In this document: positions 35,801 through 48,213 of the stretch, piece by piece
Position numbering within the stretch: the first letter of the stretch is position 1
Layout: each line of letters begins with the position of its first letter
Assembly: GCA_013239625.1 (NCBI GenBank)
Contig: MU053216.1
Location: forward strand, 1,056,001-1,120,000
Origin: Lama guanicoe
Taxonomy: Eukaryota
Reading direction: 5' to 3'
Length of the DNA stretch: 64,000 bases
Made by a program: the position numbers and the translations under genes
Notes under the pieces: generated by a model
The model's input: only the letters and a program-made list of their open reading frames with translations
Told to the model about the DNA's origin: nothing
Databases searched by the model: none

Positions 35801-38800
35801 TCTACCAAGACACGCTTCTGCACCTAGAAGCGACCTGGGCGCCTCCCCGAACCCAGCCTCTTCTGCTAACGACTTAGGTCTTGTGACCCATTTTCTTCCC
35901 TTTTTCCTTCCTTCTTGGAGAAGTGTGGAGTTCTGCCCCCCACTGAATGCTCCCCAGCACCGTAACGTAATCGCCTCTTCCTGTTCCTCCTAAGTCAGGA
36001 AGATCTCAGAGGTCTACCCTCTCCTTCTCAGGCGAGGAAGCCGCGTCCTACGGGCGACTAGGCCAGAGGACAGCAGCAGAGGACCGAGGCTCAGGGCCTC
36101 ACAGAGCTGACTACAGTCGGCCTCCTCCGCGAGCACCACTCGGTCTACAGCCGCCAGGAGCCAGAAGCGTGGTGGGCAGGCCAAGATGAAAAGAGTGTCT
36201 GTCCGGCCATTAGCCCACTTGGAAACCCAGCTTCTGCCCGGCAGGTGGGGCCGGCCAGACCAGCTCCAGGCAGGACACGCCCGGCCCCGCCCTGCCCAGG
36301 CGCGCCCAGCCAAGAGTGGCAGCATCACTCCTGCTGCACTCCCGTGAGAGCGTGCACACGGGCACTCCCTGGGGTCCCTGTGCCTCGTGGCCAGGGAGGA
36401 GTCTCTGAGAAAGGACCAGGGTTGGAGACACCTCGGGAACAGACCCCATTCGCCATTTTCCTCCCTCCCCCCGACCCCCACCCGCCTCCAGCCAGGGCCG
36501 GGGCAACAGACAGACAGTAATTCTCATCCTCCCAGGAGTGCGGCCTTGGGCCAGTCACGGGTGGTGGGGGGCCTTCCCATGAGTTGTGGTGGCTCCGCCC
36601 CACCCTCCCTGGGGGTCTGGAGGGCACAGGTCCCCTCCCAGCACTCAGCGCAGGGCGGGGGTCCCCCAGGGAGGGGTGGCTGCTTACTCAGCAGTTGTGT
36701 CAGCGCGGGAGCCACCGGCCTGAGTCACCAAAGGTGGGACCCGGGCAGGGGAGTGCCGTGCCTGCCCCCCTGGGCACACGCCCTCTGTGGCCAGGAGTAG
36801 GGTCCCACCCGCTGGCCCTCCCTTCCTTCCTTGGCACATGGCTTTGTGCAGAGGAGGGAGGACAGAGCAGCCCCGCTGCTCAGAAGCCCTGCCATCTGGG
36901 CCCGGGGGCAGCGTGGTGGCTGTGCTCCCGCAGGGCAGCCCCTAAGGGCAGGGAGCTGCCCGCCGTGATCCTGCCACCAGCACCCTGAGACTAGCAGTGC
37001 CCACTCACAAGGGGCCCCCAGTTTGGAACTGAAGGACAATGGCTGATGGGTGACCAGGCTCAGGAGAGGCACCGCCAAAACCTGAAACAGCTTGATGCCA
37101 GGTGTGGGGCATCTTTTATCATCTGAGTCTCTCAAATGTGAAAAAAAGAGGAAGTTCTGACGTCCCTTCTAAGGGCAAGGACTTCACCAGAGATCTGGCT
37201 GATAATGACTGGTGTCCCTCGTAACCTTGGAAGGTGGGGACTGAGCTGACAGCGACCAGGGCAGGAGTAAGAACTGTGGGTAATTCTGAAGTCTCCTGAC
37301 GTATCTGGACAGTGATGCTCAAGTAGAAGAGAGCCTGTCACACTCCAGGCTGCAGCCCGTGGGTCTTGCACGAAGGCGCTGCTCTCCCCAGCGAAGCATC
37401 TTGCTCTCCTGGGCTCTAGGCTCCAGGCCGGTGCAAGGGTCAGGCCCACCGCGGTCCCTGGTGACTGGGGGGCGGGGCGGTGCAAAGCACAATTGTGCGC
37501 CCCAGCACCTCGCTGAGTGTTGTGCCCCGTGACACGTGATGCCAAAACACAACAGCACCCATCTCCAGCTCCCAGCCCTGCCTCCACGGCCTGCTCCCTG
37601 CTTCACTGCTAAATTGTGGGAGAAACTGGCTTTTCGCACACCCAGGACTTGGGTTATTCTCAGCTCCCGACCCCCAGGGCGGGCTTGGGGGGCCAGGATC
37701 CCAGGCGTCACATGGGGGCATCTCGGCTTCACTTGGGGAAGGCCCCCTGGCAGGTGTCATCACTGTAGGGGCAACAGGCCCGGGAGGCACAGGACCCCCG
37801 AGACCCAGCCACCCTCTCTGGGTTCAGACGAGCCTGGGGCTCGGCTCTGCCCTGCAGGAGCCTCAGGCTCCGTGGTCACTTTCGAACGCAACTCTGGCCT
37901 TCGATCCAGAGGCCGGCCCCTCCATCCCAGAGACGGCTCATGCCAGCGCGGGAAAGTGACAGCCCTCCCCAGGTCCCAGTGGGAAGTAACTCCCGGAGCC
38001 TCGGACGAGGTGCCAGCTTCCCGGAAGGGCGCACCTGCAGGTCAGGGAGGCCCCACTGTGCAGGCGCCCCACCGTGTGCGGGAGGTTGGAGGGGCGCTGG
38101 CTCCCTGAGCTGCCCCCGCGCACTGAGCCAGGAGGGGCTTCCCAGGAGGGTCAGAGGCTGCGAGGTGGGAGCGTCCCAAGGGGAGATGCTTCCTTGGCCC
38201 AAGAAAGAGCTCCTTGGAGACACTGCCCCCGCTGAGCAGACAGCAGGGACTTCACAGAGGGAGGGCAGGTCGGCTGGACCCTGCAGGGCTTGCTGACAGA
38301 CTCCCCCCTTGGAGGATGAGCCTTGCACACGCACACGTGCACACACACTCCTGTACGCACACCTGCTGTGAGGGACACACGTCCCTTCGCTGGTAGTGGA
38401 CTCGGGGGCAGGGGGAAGGTCTTTGGAAGTGCCTTGAGCTTATCCTAAGGACACTGCAGCAGGTATGGCACTTTACAGTTTGCAAAGGGCTTCCTCATTC
38501 ATCTTCTTGGTGGAGCCTCACAGCGCCCCTAACTCCCGCGTGGCCAGCGAGGTGCCAGGACGGACAGCAGCACCCGTGTGCTCTCTGAGAGCATCTATTA
38601 AGCTCAGGGACCTTAAGGCTGGGCCAAGGCCACATGGCTAAGATGGGGTAGACCCTGAGCCAGGACTCAGGCCTCCAGCCTCTCCCGGTGTCTGTCCTCT
38701 GCCACTTGGCCACCAGAGTCGGGTGACCTGAGTGAAGTGGCCAAAAGCCTCTATGTCTGGGGGTGCTCTGCAGGACCTCCCCCAGCACCTTTGGCTACTC

Positions 38801-41800
38801 ACTGGCCTTGACTCCTAGAAAATCCCCTCCCCAGGGCTCTAGACAGAGGAGGTGCCTGCCCCTCCTCTTCGGCTGACAGTGGGATGTCCTCGGAGACACT
38901 GAAGAATGTGCTGCCGGCTGTGTGACACGGCTGAGCTGGGCTGGAAGGCCCTCTATCCCAAGGGACGGCAAGGCAGCCTTGTGATCATGACTGGCTGTCC
39001 CAGCCCGGCCCACGGGAGGGAGAGGGTGGAAGAGTGACAGCTCGCTATCCCTTCCACCACACCCGCTCGAAATACACACAAGTTAGGATGAGAAATCGGG
39101 AGGTCACGTCAGAAGGGGTGACTGACGTGGAGTCTGGAGTCTCCTGGAATCAGCCAAGTCTCGCTGAGCTTCCTGGGGCCTCAGAAGCTGGGCCGCTTGC
39201 TCCCAGCCTCGGGGGTGGTCAGAGGGGAGGAGAAGGGCCGGCCCTGAGCTCCCCAGCTCTCTCCAGCACCCTGCCCTTCCCCCAGCTCTGTGGGCCCCCA
39301 AGAGCTGCTAAAGGCAGCAGGGAGACTGGGAGAGCCTGCGGTGTCCTCCCAGCCGCTCCAGGAGCAACCCTGCAGAGCGCGGCACCCCACTGCCCTGGGT
39401 TAGGACAGGCCTCAGCCAAAAGCGTCTCTAAATGCTCCGTTCAAAAAGGCCTTTGGCCGGCACGTGGCAGTCACCGGTGAGAGGAGGGGGCTCCCCCTGG
39501 TCGCCTTCCTCAGTGGCCCTCGGCTCCGCCTGACCTGCTGGACAGCTCTGGGGAAATTACCCCCAACGAGTGTGCGACGCAGTCTCCCTGAGTGCCGGGC
39601 ACGCTGTGCCGCGGCGGTGCGGGGCCCGCAGGGCACTGAGGGGCCGGCGGCGGGCAGCGCGGCAGCTCGTGGAAAGCTGTCTTTTCCCCACTTTGATGAC
39701 CACGGGGGGAAGGTCTAGGCTGGGGCTGGGGTAGCTCTTTACCACTTGCCCACCTCCCTTTCGGAGCAGAAAGGAAAAAACACTGTATCTATTTGGAATT
39801 AAACAATGATCTGTTTTCGTTCTAGTTGGTATTATTGACTTTAAGTTATAATAGGCCTCCACTTGTGGCGAAGGGAACTATTTTATTTTCCTCTTGAATT
39901 AGTGATACAAAGTTCCCTTCCCAAATAAACGCATTGAAGTTTAAAAGTAAGTCCACTAAAAATAAGTAATAATGTTTGCTGTGATGGTTCTGTGAAAACG
40001 GTGACAGCAGAGGTCAGAGGAAACACTGCTGCCCACAGTCGCCAGGGCCCCCGCTGTGACAGCGCGACAGGGGGCTCTGGGTGGGGGTCCGAGGTCAGCA
40101 TTCCGGTCCTGCTCTTCCCTGTGCGGCTGTGCAGCTCTGGGCACGCCCCTCCCCTCTCTGAGCCTCTGCCTCCCCAGCAAGGGCAGGCCCTGAGCGCCTC
40201 TGACTGCCAGCACCTGTGATCCTTCCCAGCCCAGCTCAATGCTTTGGAACAAACCCCACAAGCTTGGTCCTTATCCCCTTCCAGGCCACACCCTCGTGCA
40301 GGTGTGGGATGGGGGGGCTCCCCAGCTGTGTCTCGACCTCCCCCCACTCCTCCCAGATCTGACTTTGGCTTTCAGCTGAGTTTGCTCTCCGGGGCTGGAA
40401 GGCCTCCGCAGAGACACGCCAGGGCCCTGGGGGAGGGAGCTGAGCTCCACCCTGGGAAGGGGCGGGGCCTCCCCCCTCCTTGGGAAATGCTGCTGTGTTT
40501 GTCTTGCTGAGCCCAGTGACAAAAGGGACGCTCCAAGCAGAAAAGAGGCACCCGACAGACCGCCTGCCCAGGGCTTTGTTTTGACGGCTCTCCTTCAGGG
40601 CCCCCTCCTCCCGGCTGGCAGGAGGCAAGGTCCTCCTCGGCCCTGGGCGGCGCCCTCCTCCTCTCGCCCTGCACCCCCGCCCCCCCGCCGGCAAAGCTAC
40701 TGGGCCCTGGACTCAGTTCTGCCAAGTCTACCTGTGAGGTACCCGGCAAGCCCCTGCACTTTCCTGACTGCCCTGCAAAATAAATCAGAATAACAAGACC
40801 CGGTTCACCTCCTGATCTCACAAAGACTAAGATCAAGTCAGGAGGTACAAACAAGACTACTTTTTGTAAATTCAAAATGCTGCACAGTTCAGGGGGTTCT
40901 GAAGTAAGATTGGACATCCTCCCACTGAGAGCCCACTGAACACGTACGCGGTTGGGCTGGCAAGCCGCCACTGCCTGCTAACCCAGAACCCGAGGGCCCC
41001 ATCCCCAACCTCTCGGACCCTGGGGACCAGGGCTAGCGCTGGGGAAGCAGGCAGGCGGTCACCTGGTCCCACCCGCTGTTTCCAGACGAGGAAACTGAGA
41101 CCCAGCGCGGTTTCGGCAGCTCATGGTGCAGACCCGAGCGTTTCATCACATCCGCTCTTACGCTGCTGCTGCGTCTGTCAGTCGTTCTGAACTGTAGTCT
41201 CGGGACCTTAGAGACTTGTTGGCTGAATAGATTAGTTCTTGTCAGGACCAAAAAAAAAAAAAAAAGAAGCAAAATGAAATTCACTAATTTTCTTCTGGAG
41301 CAAATAAAGATGTTTACAATTGTCCTTGATCCTTCAAATCCTCTCTCTGAAGTTCCAGAGGCTCTACTTTGAATCATGTGAGAACCACAGCCAGCGCAGG
41401 GCGGAGCCTCCTTCCTGACTGACAGCAAGTGACCGTGGAGCCTGGCTGATGGATTAGAGCTAAAGGAAGACGGAACCAGCCCCGTCCTCCTGCAAGGAGA
41501 GGGGAGCTCCCCCCTTGAGCCCCGCCTGGGGGTGCGGGCTGCAGGCTGCACCTGGGGCCAGCCAGCCTCCTGCTCCCACGGGCCCTGGGGCAGCTGCGCC
41601 CAGACCCTGGCAGTGACACCTCGGCCTGAACATTCCGACTAAACTGCCCGCCCCCAACCTTCCCCGCAAGGGTCTGCCAGCTGGGACAGTGACAGGTGAC
41701 ATTCTGCCTTCTCCTGGGTCTGGTGCTCCTCACTGGGGCAGGAGGAAGGGCGGGCTGGTGTGCTCGCTCAGCTCAGAGGGGCCTCGTGGGTTCCGGGCCC

Positions 41801-44800
41801 CAGGAGAGGACTGCAGAGGAATCTGGGCCTGCTCTCCTAGGGGGTGATGCCTGTGCCTTGGGAACAGTCAGGAGGGGCCAGGGGCTACTGCCAGCCCAGC
41901 CCCAGGCCTGGGAGCGTTCCTCCGCCCCCTCCTCCAGTCTAGGGGCAGCCCTCCAAGCGCGGCACCCCGCCCGGAGCCTGCCCTTGCACTGCTCTGCCGG
42001 TGCCGGTCCTTCCCCCTTTGCAAGACCTCAGTGTCAACCTCTGTCCCCCAAGGAAGGACACACGATACAGGATGTCAGAGCCCAGGACAGTCTGATGGTA
42101 AACGTGGGGCCTGGCAGGGATGGGGGGGCCCCAGCAGCGGTCCCCCAGCAGTGCTGGAGAACCCTGTGCCAAGGCCAGGGGCCTTCCTTTCCTCCACCTC
42201 ATCTCTGGCTTCTAAAGAGCCCTCCCTGCCTCTCCCCAGCCTAAGCCAGGGGAAGGGGCCTCTCGGAGAGGCTGAAGTCAGCCCTGCGGGGAAAACTGTC
42301 ACAGAAAGAAGGTCCTCACACTGGGCTCTGACCCGGAGGCAGCGGGAACGCCTGGCACAGAAAGCAGACCCTCTCCAAGGACGCAGCTCACGAAGGGGCC
42401 ACCCCAGGGGCCACGCCAGGCATGGGCACCCAAGTTTGAATAGAAGGACTGTCTCCAGCCTCAGACCTGTGTCTGTAAACGCACGCTGGGCCCTGCTTCC
42501 CACAGGGAGGGGAGCCCCGGGGGCCCCTCCCTCGCCTCCTCCTCTCTCAGGCACATTCTGTCCTCAGCAGCAGGATCCTTGTCTCTTCTTGTTGGGTGAG
42601 AGCCTGGGGCCCGTGGGACCCTCCTACCTCCCAGGGCTGGGTGGGGGTGAGTCACTGCCGGCAGCAGGGACACCAAGTTGGCAAGCACACCACTCACGCC
42701 TTCTCCTGGCAGGAGCTGTGCCCGCGTGGGACAAGGAGCTGTGTCTCCTTTAGTTCTCTCCCCTGGACCGTCCAGAGCCGATGGAGGCCCCACTGGTGCA
42801 GCTGGAAAGCGCTGAGTTCAGAGCTGAGACAAGGGAGGAGGAGCGGCCTGGGTTTTAAGGCAGGGGAGTTACCAGGCAGAGCCCTTTCCGGGCCTGCTTC
42901 CCGGCTATAACGCTGAAGGAAATGAGAGCCTACCACCTCGCCATCCTGCTGCAAGGGTTAATTAAGTGCTGTTTTCCTGGTGCCTGGAGATGAAGTGGGG
43001 AGGCCTTGCAGAAGCCATTATCCACCTGCAGACCTGAGGAGGTGGAGGTGGGAGGGGCTGGCCCTGGCCCCGCCCCAGGAGACCACCAAGAGGCCCTGGC
43101 TGTGGGTCCCGCAGCTACTCAGTGGCAGACCCCCAGCCGTACAGGACCTTGAAAAGTTGGGGCTGAATGAATCCTTGGCTGGGATCTAGTCCAAGTGACT
43201 TGCTCTATGGATGAGAAAGCCAAGGGGTGAAGGGTGAAGAGTGGAGGGGTAAAGACCCCTCAGGTCCCTCTGCTTGAAGCAGCCTGCCCTCGCGTTGGGC
43301 ATGTGTGACCAGAATCCAGGCCTCCTACAGCTGACTGAGTGTGTCCTATCTGCACCTCAGACTGCCCTTCGAGCTGGGAATTCTCACCCATTTCAGAGAT
43401 GGGCAAACTGAGGCTCAGTCAGGTTAAGAACATGTGGAGGGTCCCTTCACACCAGCCTGCTCCTGGGAGCAGACTGTTTACCTGGGGACTGGCAAAGGTT
43501 GGCTCTTTCTCTGCTTCAAGGGCAAGGGGCCTGCATTTTCTCTCCAGAAGCCCCTGGATCTGAGGTGGCCCAGGGTCCTGCCCCTGCAGACGCTGCAAAC
43601 ACTGGGCCAACTGGAGGTTGGTTCCCACCTGCCACAGAGTCCATGCGCCCCCACCCCTCTCATCTATAAAAGAGGGCCACCCAGGTGTCTTTGGGTCTGG
43701 TGTGGGCAGGACCAGTCCTCCTGGGGGCAAGGGTCCCTGGCACATCATCCCCGAGGCCGTGTCATGGTGGGAACATCAAATACTGACACACCAGTTAAGC
43801 AAGTGCAGCTGAGAAGAGGCTGGGAGGACGATTTGCTAGCGGGTCCCAGATTAGAGTAGAGGAATGGGGTAGGGACAGGACGAAGGCAGAATTTCCCCTG
43901 GTCATACTCCCGGGGCAGCTCGCCCTCTGGAGCGCGGGGCCGGATGTAGCTGAGCACAGCGGACGGATTCAGTGCGGTCAATGCGGGGCCCCCATGGCGC
44001 GCCCTGGCCCAGACCGCCTGGCCGACCCACCCACATGGCTTCCCGGCTCCCGGGCAGGCTGCTCTAGGCTGGTCCATAACCAAAGCACATGGCACTCGAT
44101 ATGACGCCCAGAGGGACGGAATGCTTAAAACCAAGATGGGTTTCTTGACTGATAAATAGGAAGAGCTTGCAGGGCTGGAGGTGGCAGAAAAGGAGATTAC
44201 CACCTTAGCCCAGAACATTCCCTGGGAGTCAGACCTGTCCCCCTGCCTCAGCTTCATCCCGGACAAACCCAGGTGACAGAAGCCACTTTCAGCTTTGGAA
44301 TAAAAGGGCTGTGTCTCCCATCTCCTGCCTTCTCCTCCCTCAGCCCGGTCTCCGCTGACCCAGCTGAATGTGTCCCGTGTATTCTGAGCGGGGCTGACTC
44401 CTCAAGGAGAGAGCAGGCCTGGCTGGGGAACAGGGAGGGGCGAGAGCAAGGGACCTGAGCTCCAGTCTCTTGTGAGTCCCTAGAACGTGGCGTTAGTGTT
44501 AAAACACTGAGACTGCAAACAAAAAAATAACAATAAACAGAATGACCAACAAAAAAGTGCAAACATCTGGGGGGTGAAAGAAAATTCCACTGGTTAAGCG
44601 TTAGGCCAGCGGGCTAGTCTGCTCTCATTGGCCAGCCGTGTGACTCTTGTCCCCGTTGGGCCTGAGTGTCCTGGACTATAGAACATCAACCTTGTCGGGC
44701 TCTCATAGTCCCGAGTCTGGTTCTGAGAACTGGGGCGGAAGAGCTGAGTCTGCTCATCTGAGCAACGCGGCTGGAGGCTCCGCATCCTTCGTGCCAGCTC

Positions 44801-45089
44801 CCCTTTGCCTCCCGCCCCGAGGTCCCGGGCCTCCGAGGCTCCGGCCACGTCACCCAGCAGACACAGTCTCGGGGGCGCGGAGGCTGCAGCCAGCAGCAGA
44901 GAACCCAGGACTGACTGGCCAGTGACTCTTTCAGGACCAGTCTTTTCTTCTCCTTAAGCCCCTTGGTGTGTTTTGTGTGTCAGACTCTTCATCTCATTTT
45001 ATTACAAGACTACAGTCAGTCCTCCTAGCTTGTGACACAAATGCTCAGAGTATAAACAGCATGATGATATACATAGAGCATGCAGGTTT

Positions 45090-45330
45090 TCAGGCACAGA
45101 TGCCTTTATTGGTGGATTTTCTCAAGCACTTAACTTGACATGATCTTGCTAGTGAAATGAAGGACGCTAGGATCATTCCCCGACTCCTTTCATGAGGCTA
45201 GCATTACCTGACATTATAACCTTACAAAATCATAATTCTCTTAAACCCCAGGCCAATGTCCTTCAGGAAAGTAGAAGCAAAAATTCCCATAATATTCTGG
45301 AAAATAGAACTCAGCTCTAAGAATAAAACA
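45090..45330 (+). mobile_element. Degraded L1 ORF2 (RT region) fragment
   Basis: ctcctttcatgaggctagcattacctga...aggccaatgtcctt...gaagcaaaaattcc...aaatagaactcagc echoes the L1 motifs SFYEASITL, RPISL and AKILNKILANRIQ. Confidence 0.6.
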
Positions 45331-45806
45331 TTATAAGCAGGCGTGTAAAATCTATGTTTTTACTTAGTGGACTGCTGCTGACATAGGATGAAGGCAAATC
45401 CATGAGGTAAAGCTGCTGCCTTTGGGACATTCTTAGAACTTTCTTTTTGGAATTGCCCGCAGACCCTTTGCATATTTAAATAAAATAGATCCTCAGTGGT
45501 GACCAATTGGGAGTTGATTTGGTATTTGGAACTGAAGCCAAATCTGAGGACTGAAGTGCTCAGAGTGCTTAATACCATTTCTGGTCAAGCTGACAACGCA
45601 AAAATGGGACTGGTTTTCTTAGAGGGCCCCTAAAACGGCGCTAACGACACTCGTATTTTTAAAAAATTTTAGAGGTCCAAACGGCAGACTGGTGAAGTCC
45701 TCCAGTTTAGCGACCAGCGCCTGCATCCGATCTATCTGCAGACCTCTGTGCTTCTCCCACCTGGACTGCGCCGCCTCCTCCCCGGCGCGTCCCCCACCAC
45801 CCCGCG

Positions 45807-46089
45807 NNNNNNNNNNNNNNNNNNNNNNNNNNNNNNNNNNNNNNNNNNNNNNNNNNNNNNNNNNNNNNNNNNNNNNNNNNNNNNNNNNNNNNNNNNNNNN
45901 NNNNNNNNNNNNNNNNNNNNNNNNNNNNNNNNNNNNNNNNNNNNNNNNNNNNNNNNNNNNNNNNNNNNNNNNNNNNNNNNNNNNNNNNNNNNNNNNNNNN
46001 NNNNNNNNNNNNNNNNNNNNNNNNNNNNNNNNNNNNNNNNNNNNNNNNNNNNNNNNNNNNNNNNNNNNNNNNNNNNNNNNNNNNNNNNN
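45807..46089. other. Assembly gap (283 N) in PKP1 intron 2
   Basis: Run of N flanked by C/G-rich sequence. Confidence 0.99.
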
Positions 46090-47459
46090 CCCCCCCCGCC
46101 AAATCCCCGTGAGCGGGCCGCTCTGCGCGGTTCCCAGAGCCTTTCCCGAACAGAGAGGAGCCAGGACGTGCCCCAGCAGCTGCCCGACGTGAGTCATGTC
46201 TGAAGTCCCGCCAGCAGAGAGGGAGCAGGAGGGCTGGGCCTTGGGGTGCGGGAAAGGGAGGAATTTTCACGGGTTGTCAGGAAACAGGCACAGGGAGGCC
46301 TGGGCTGACTCGGGAGGGCACCGGGAGACTGCGGCGGTGGACTGAGCTGTTGGACCAGAAGAAGCGCTCAACGCGGCCACGTGGAGGTTCTCCTACCACC
46401 CCCTCAGCGAAACCCCTCGGAAAGTGTTCCTTTGCAGGTCTCGGTTACAAACGTCCCCGTGTGATAACCCCTTGCTGCCAGTTTGATGACACTTCACAGT
46501 TAAGGTGGCACATCAGCCCTGAGGGAGGGTACACAGAGAAAACACTGACACCCAGGGAAGCTAAGAGGCCGATCCAAAGTCGCAGAACCACAGAGCAGCA
46601 TACCCAGGGCTAGAACCCGAGCTTTCCGAGTTCTGAGTTAGCAGCACAGCACGTCACACCTGCAGCGTCAGCACGATTACTCATTCTGACTGCTGGCCCG
46701 GGCCAGGGACCTGCCCCCCGGGGTCTCCTAATCCTTTTCACGGCATCACTAAGTCACGTTCTCAGATTCTGTCTAGTCATCAGTCCTGATCAACCAGCCT
46801 GCTGCACGGAGGGTATCAGTTAACATCACGAACCAGGGGGAAAGAGCAGGGTGGGATGAATCTGCAGCAAACCTGGTTACTTCTTCCTTTCAGTCCCTGA
46901 CCGTGACATGCAAGACAGACAAACCCTCCAAAATTAGCCCCAAGGACTGAGGAAGGAACCCAGGAGATGACAAGGAACACAGAACTCAGAAACCACCGTC
47001 TCTCTCTTTCCCTGACGATCGGGGTGACGTCTATGACCAAGGCCGACTCAAAGCAAAAGCTGCTGAAATCTGAGCCCCGAGTCCTGTGGAGAAGCACCCT
47101 TTATCCCCAATTGCACAGGCCTTCTCCCAAAAGAATTCCCAGAACAACACAGGCTAATGTTGAAATTAGCAAAAATGAAGTCATAGAATTGGGTGACTGG
47201 AAGGAAACTCGGGTGTCACCGAGCCCAACACCCCTGAGCTCAGAGTAGAAGAAGACCCCTGCTCGGGCTTCTGTGGTTGAGTCGAGCACCCACCCCAGCA
47301 CCTGGCGCAGAGCTAGGGCTAAAGCAGCGTTTGCTCAGTAAGGGATGTGAGCACGGGAGTTGAAATCGCGCAGAAAGACAGTGACGGGCCCAGAATGAAA
47401 CGATCCAGCAGAATCTCCACTAGTGCTAATTAAAAAAAATTCTTTCAAACGCTTCTAGT

Positions 47460-47640
47460 CAGGTTTTTCCCCACATTATTTCATTTAGTCCTGACCCCAA
47501 CCCCAAGAGGCAGACTTTATGCCCATTTTACCCTGGGGAGACTGAGGTCGGGAGCTAGAAGTGTCTCACCCAAGGTCACACGCTCCGTGAGTAACAGACC
47601 TGGAATGCGAACGCGGGTTTGTCCGACCTGCAGACTCAGG
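47460..47640 (-). mobile_element. MIR-like SINE remnant (similar remnants near 1220-1310, 14280-14360, 25190-25350, 59640-59760 and 63160-63300)
   Basis: cccattttaccctggggagactgagg...cccaaggtcacacgctccgtgagtaacagacctggaatgcgaac, a MIR core-like sequence. Confidence 0.6.
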
Positions 47641-48106
47641 CAACGTTCTGCCCCAGCGCACAGCCTCTCACTCAAGAGCTGCGAAGGCGGACGCGCCCTC
47701 CCGTCCTCTGGGGACCTCCAGAGCCCCCTCCCTGGGCAGCAGCACATACTGAGGAGAGGGGTCCCTTCAGGATTTTCCTAGAAACATCTAAATTAATCCA
47801 CGACTGGACTGCAAGAATCCAGACTTCTTTCCCATCCATGATCAAATCAGGCATATTAGGAAATGGACTTTAAAAGAAATGTTGTTTTCTTTATGCTTTT
47901 TCTAAAGTGTTTGCATTTGAGACATTCCCAAATAGCCAGCCTGCCCAGACAGGAGCTGCAGGGAGAGGCCGAGCGCACAGACCCGGTCAGAGCCGGGGCC
48001 TCACCTCGCGGACCCGTCCTGCCCGCATCACTTTCTCCGTGACTGTGCAGGCTTTCCCCTCACAGACGCTGCGCCACCCCTGGCCTCCCGGGAAGCAGCC
48101 CCTTAC

Positions 48107-48213
48107 CGGGTAGCCCCAGGAGCCGGTCCCCGCTTGGAACTTGGAGTAGTAGCTGCTCCGTCCGGTGGTCCCGTAGCCGCTGTAACTGTCGGCCAAGCCG
48201 TCGTACATGGAAC
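48107..48213 (-). CDS. PKP1: PKP1 exon 2 (107 nt)
   Basis: cccgcag|GT TCC ATG; GSMYDGLADSYSGYGTTGRSSYYSKFQAGTGSWGYP; donor CCG|GTAAGG. Confidence 0.96.

Noticed and set aside
45619..46270. ORFs spanning the N run
   Set aside because: Artefacts of translating through the assembly gap.
48170..48195. One extra codon in exon 2 relative to human (727 vs 726 aa)
   Set aside because: I recall non-primate PKP1 proteins also being slightly longer, so this is probably not unusual.
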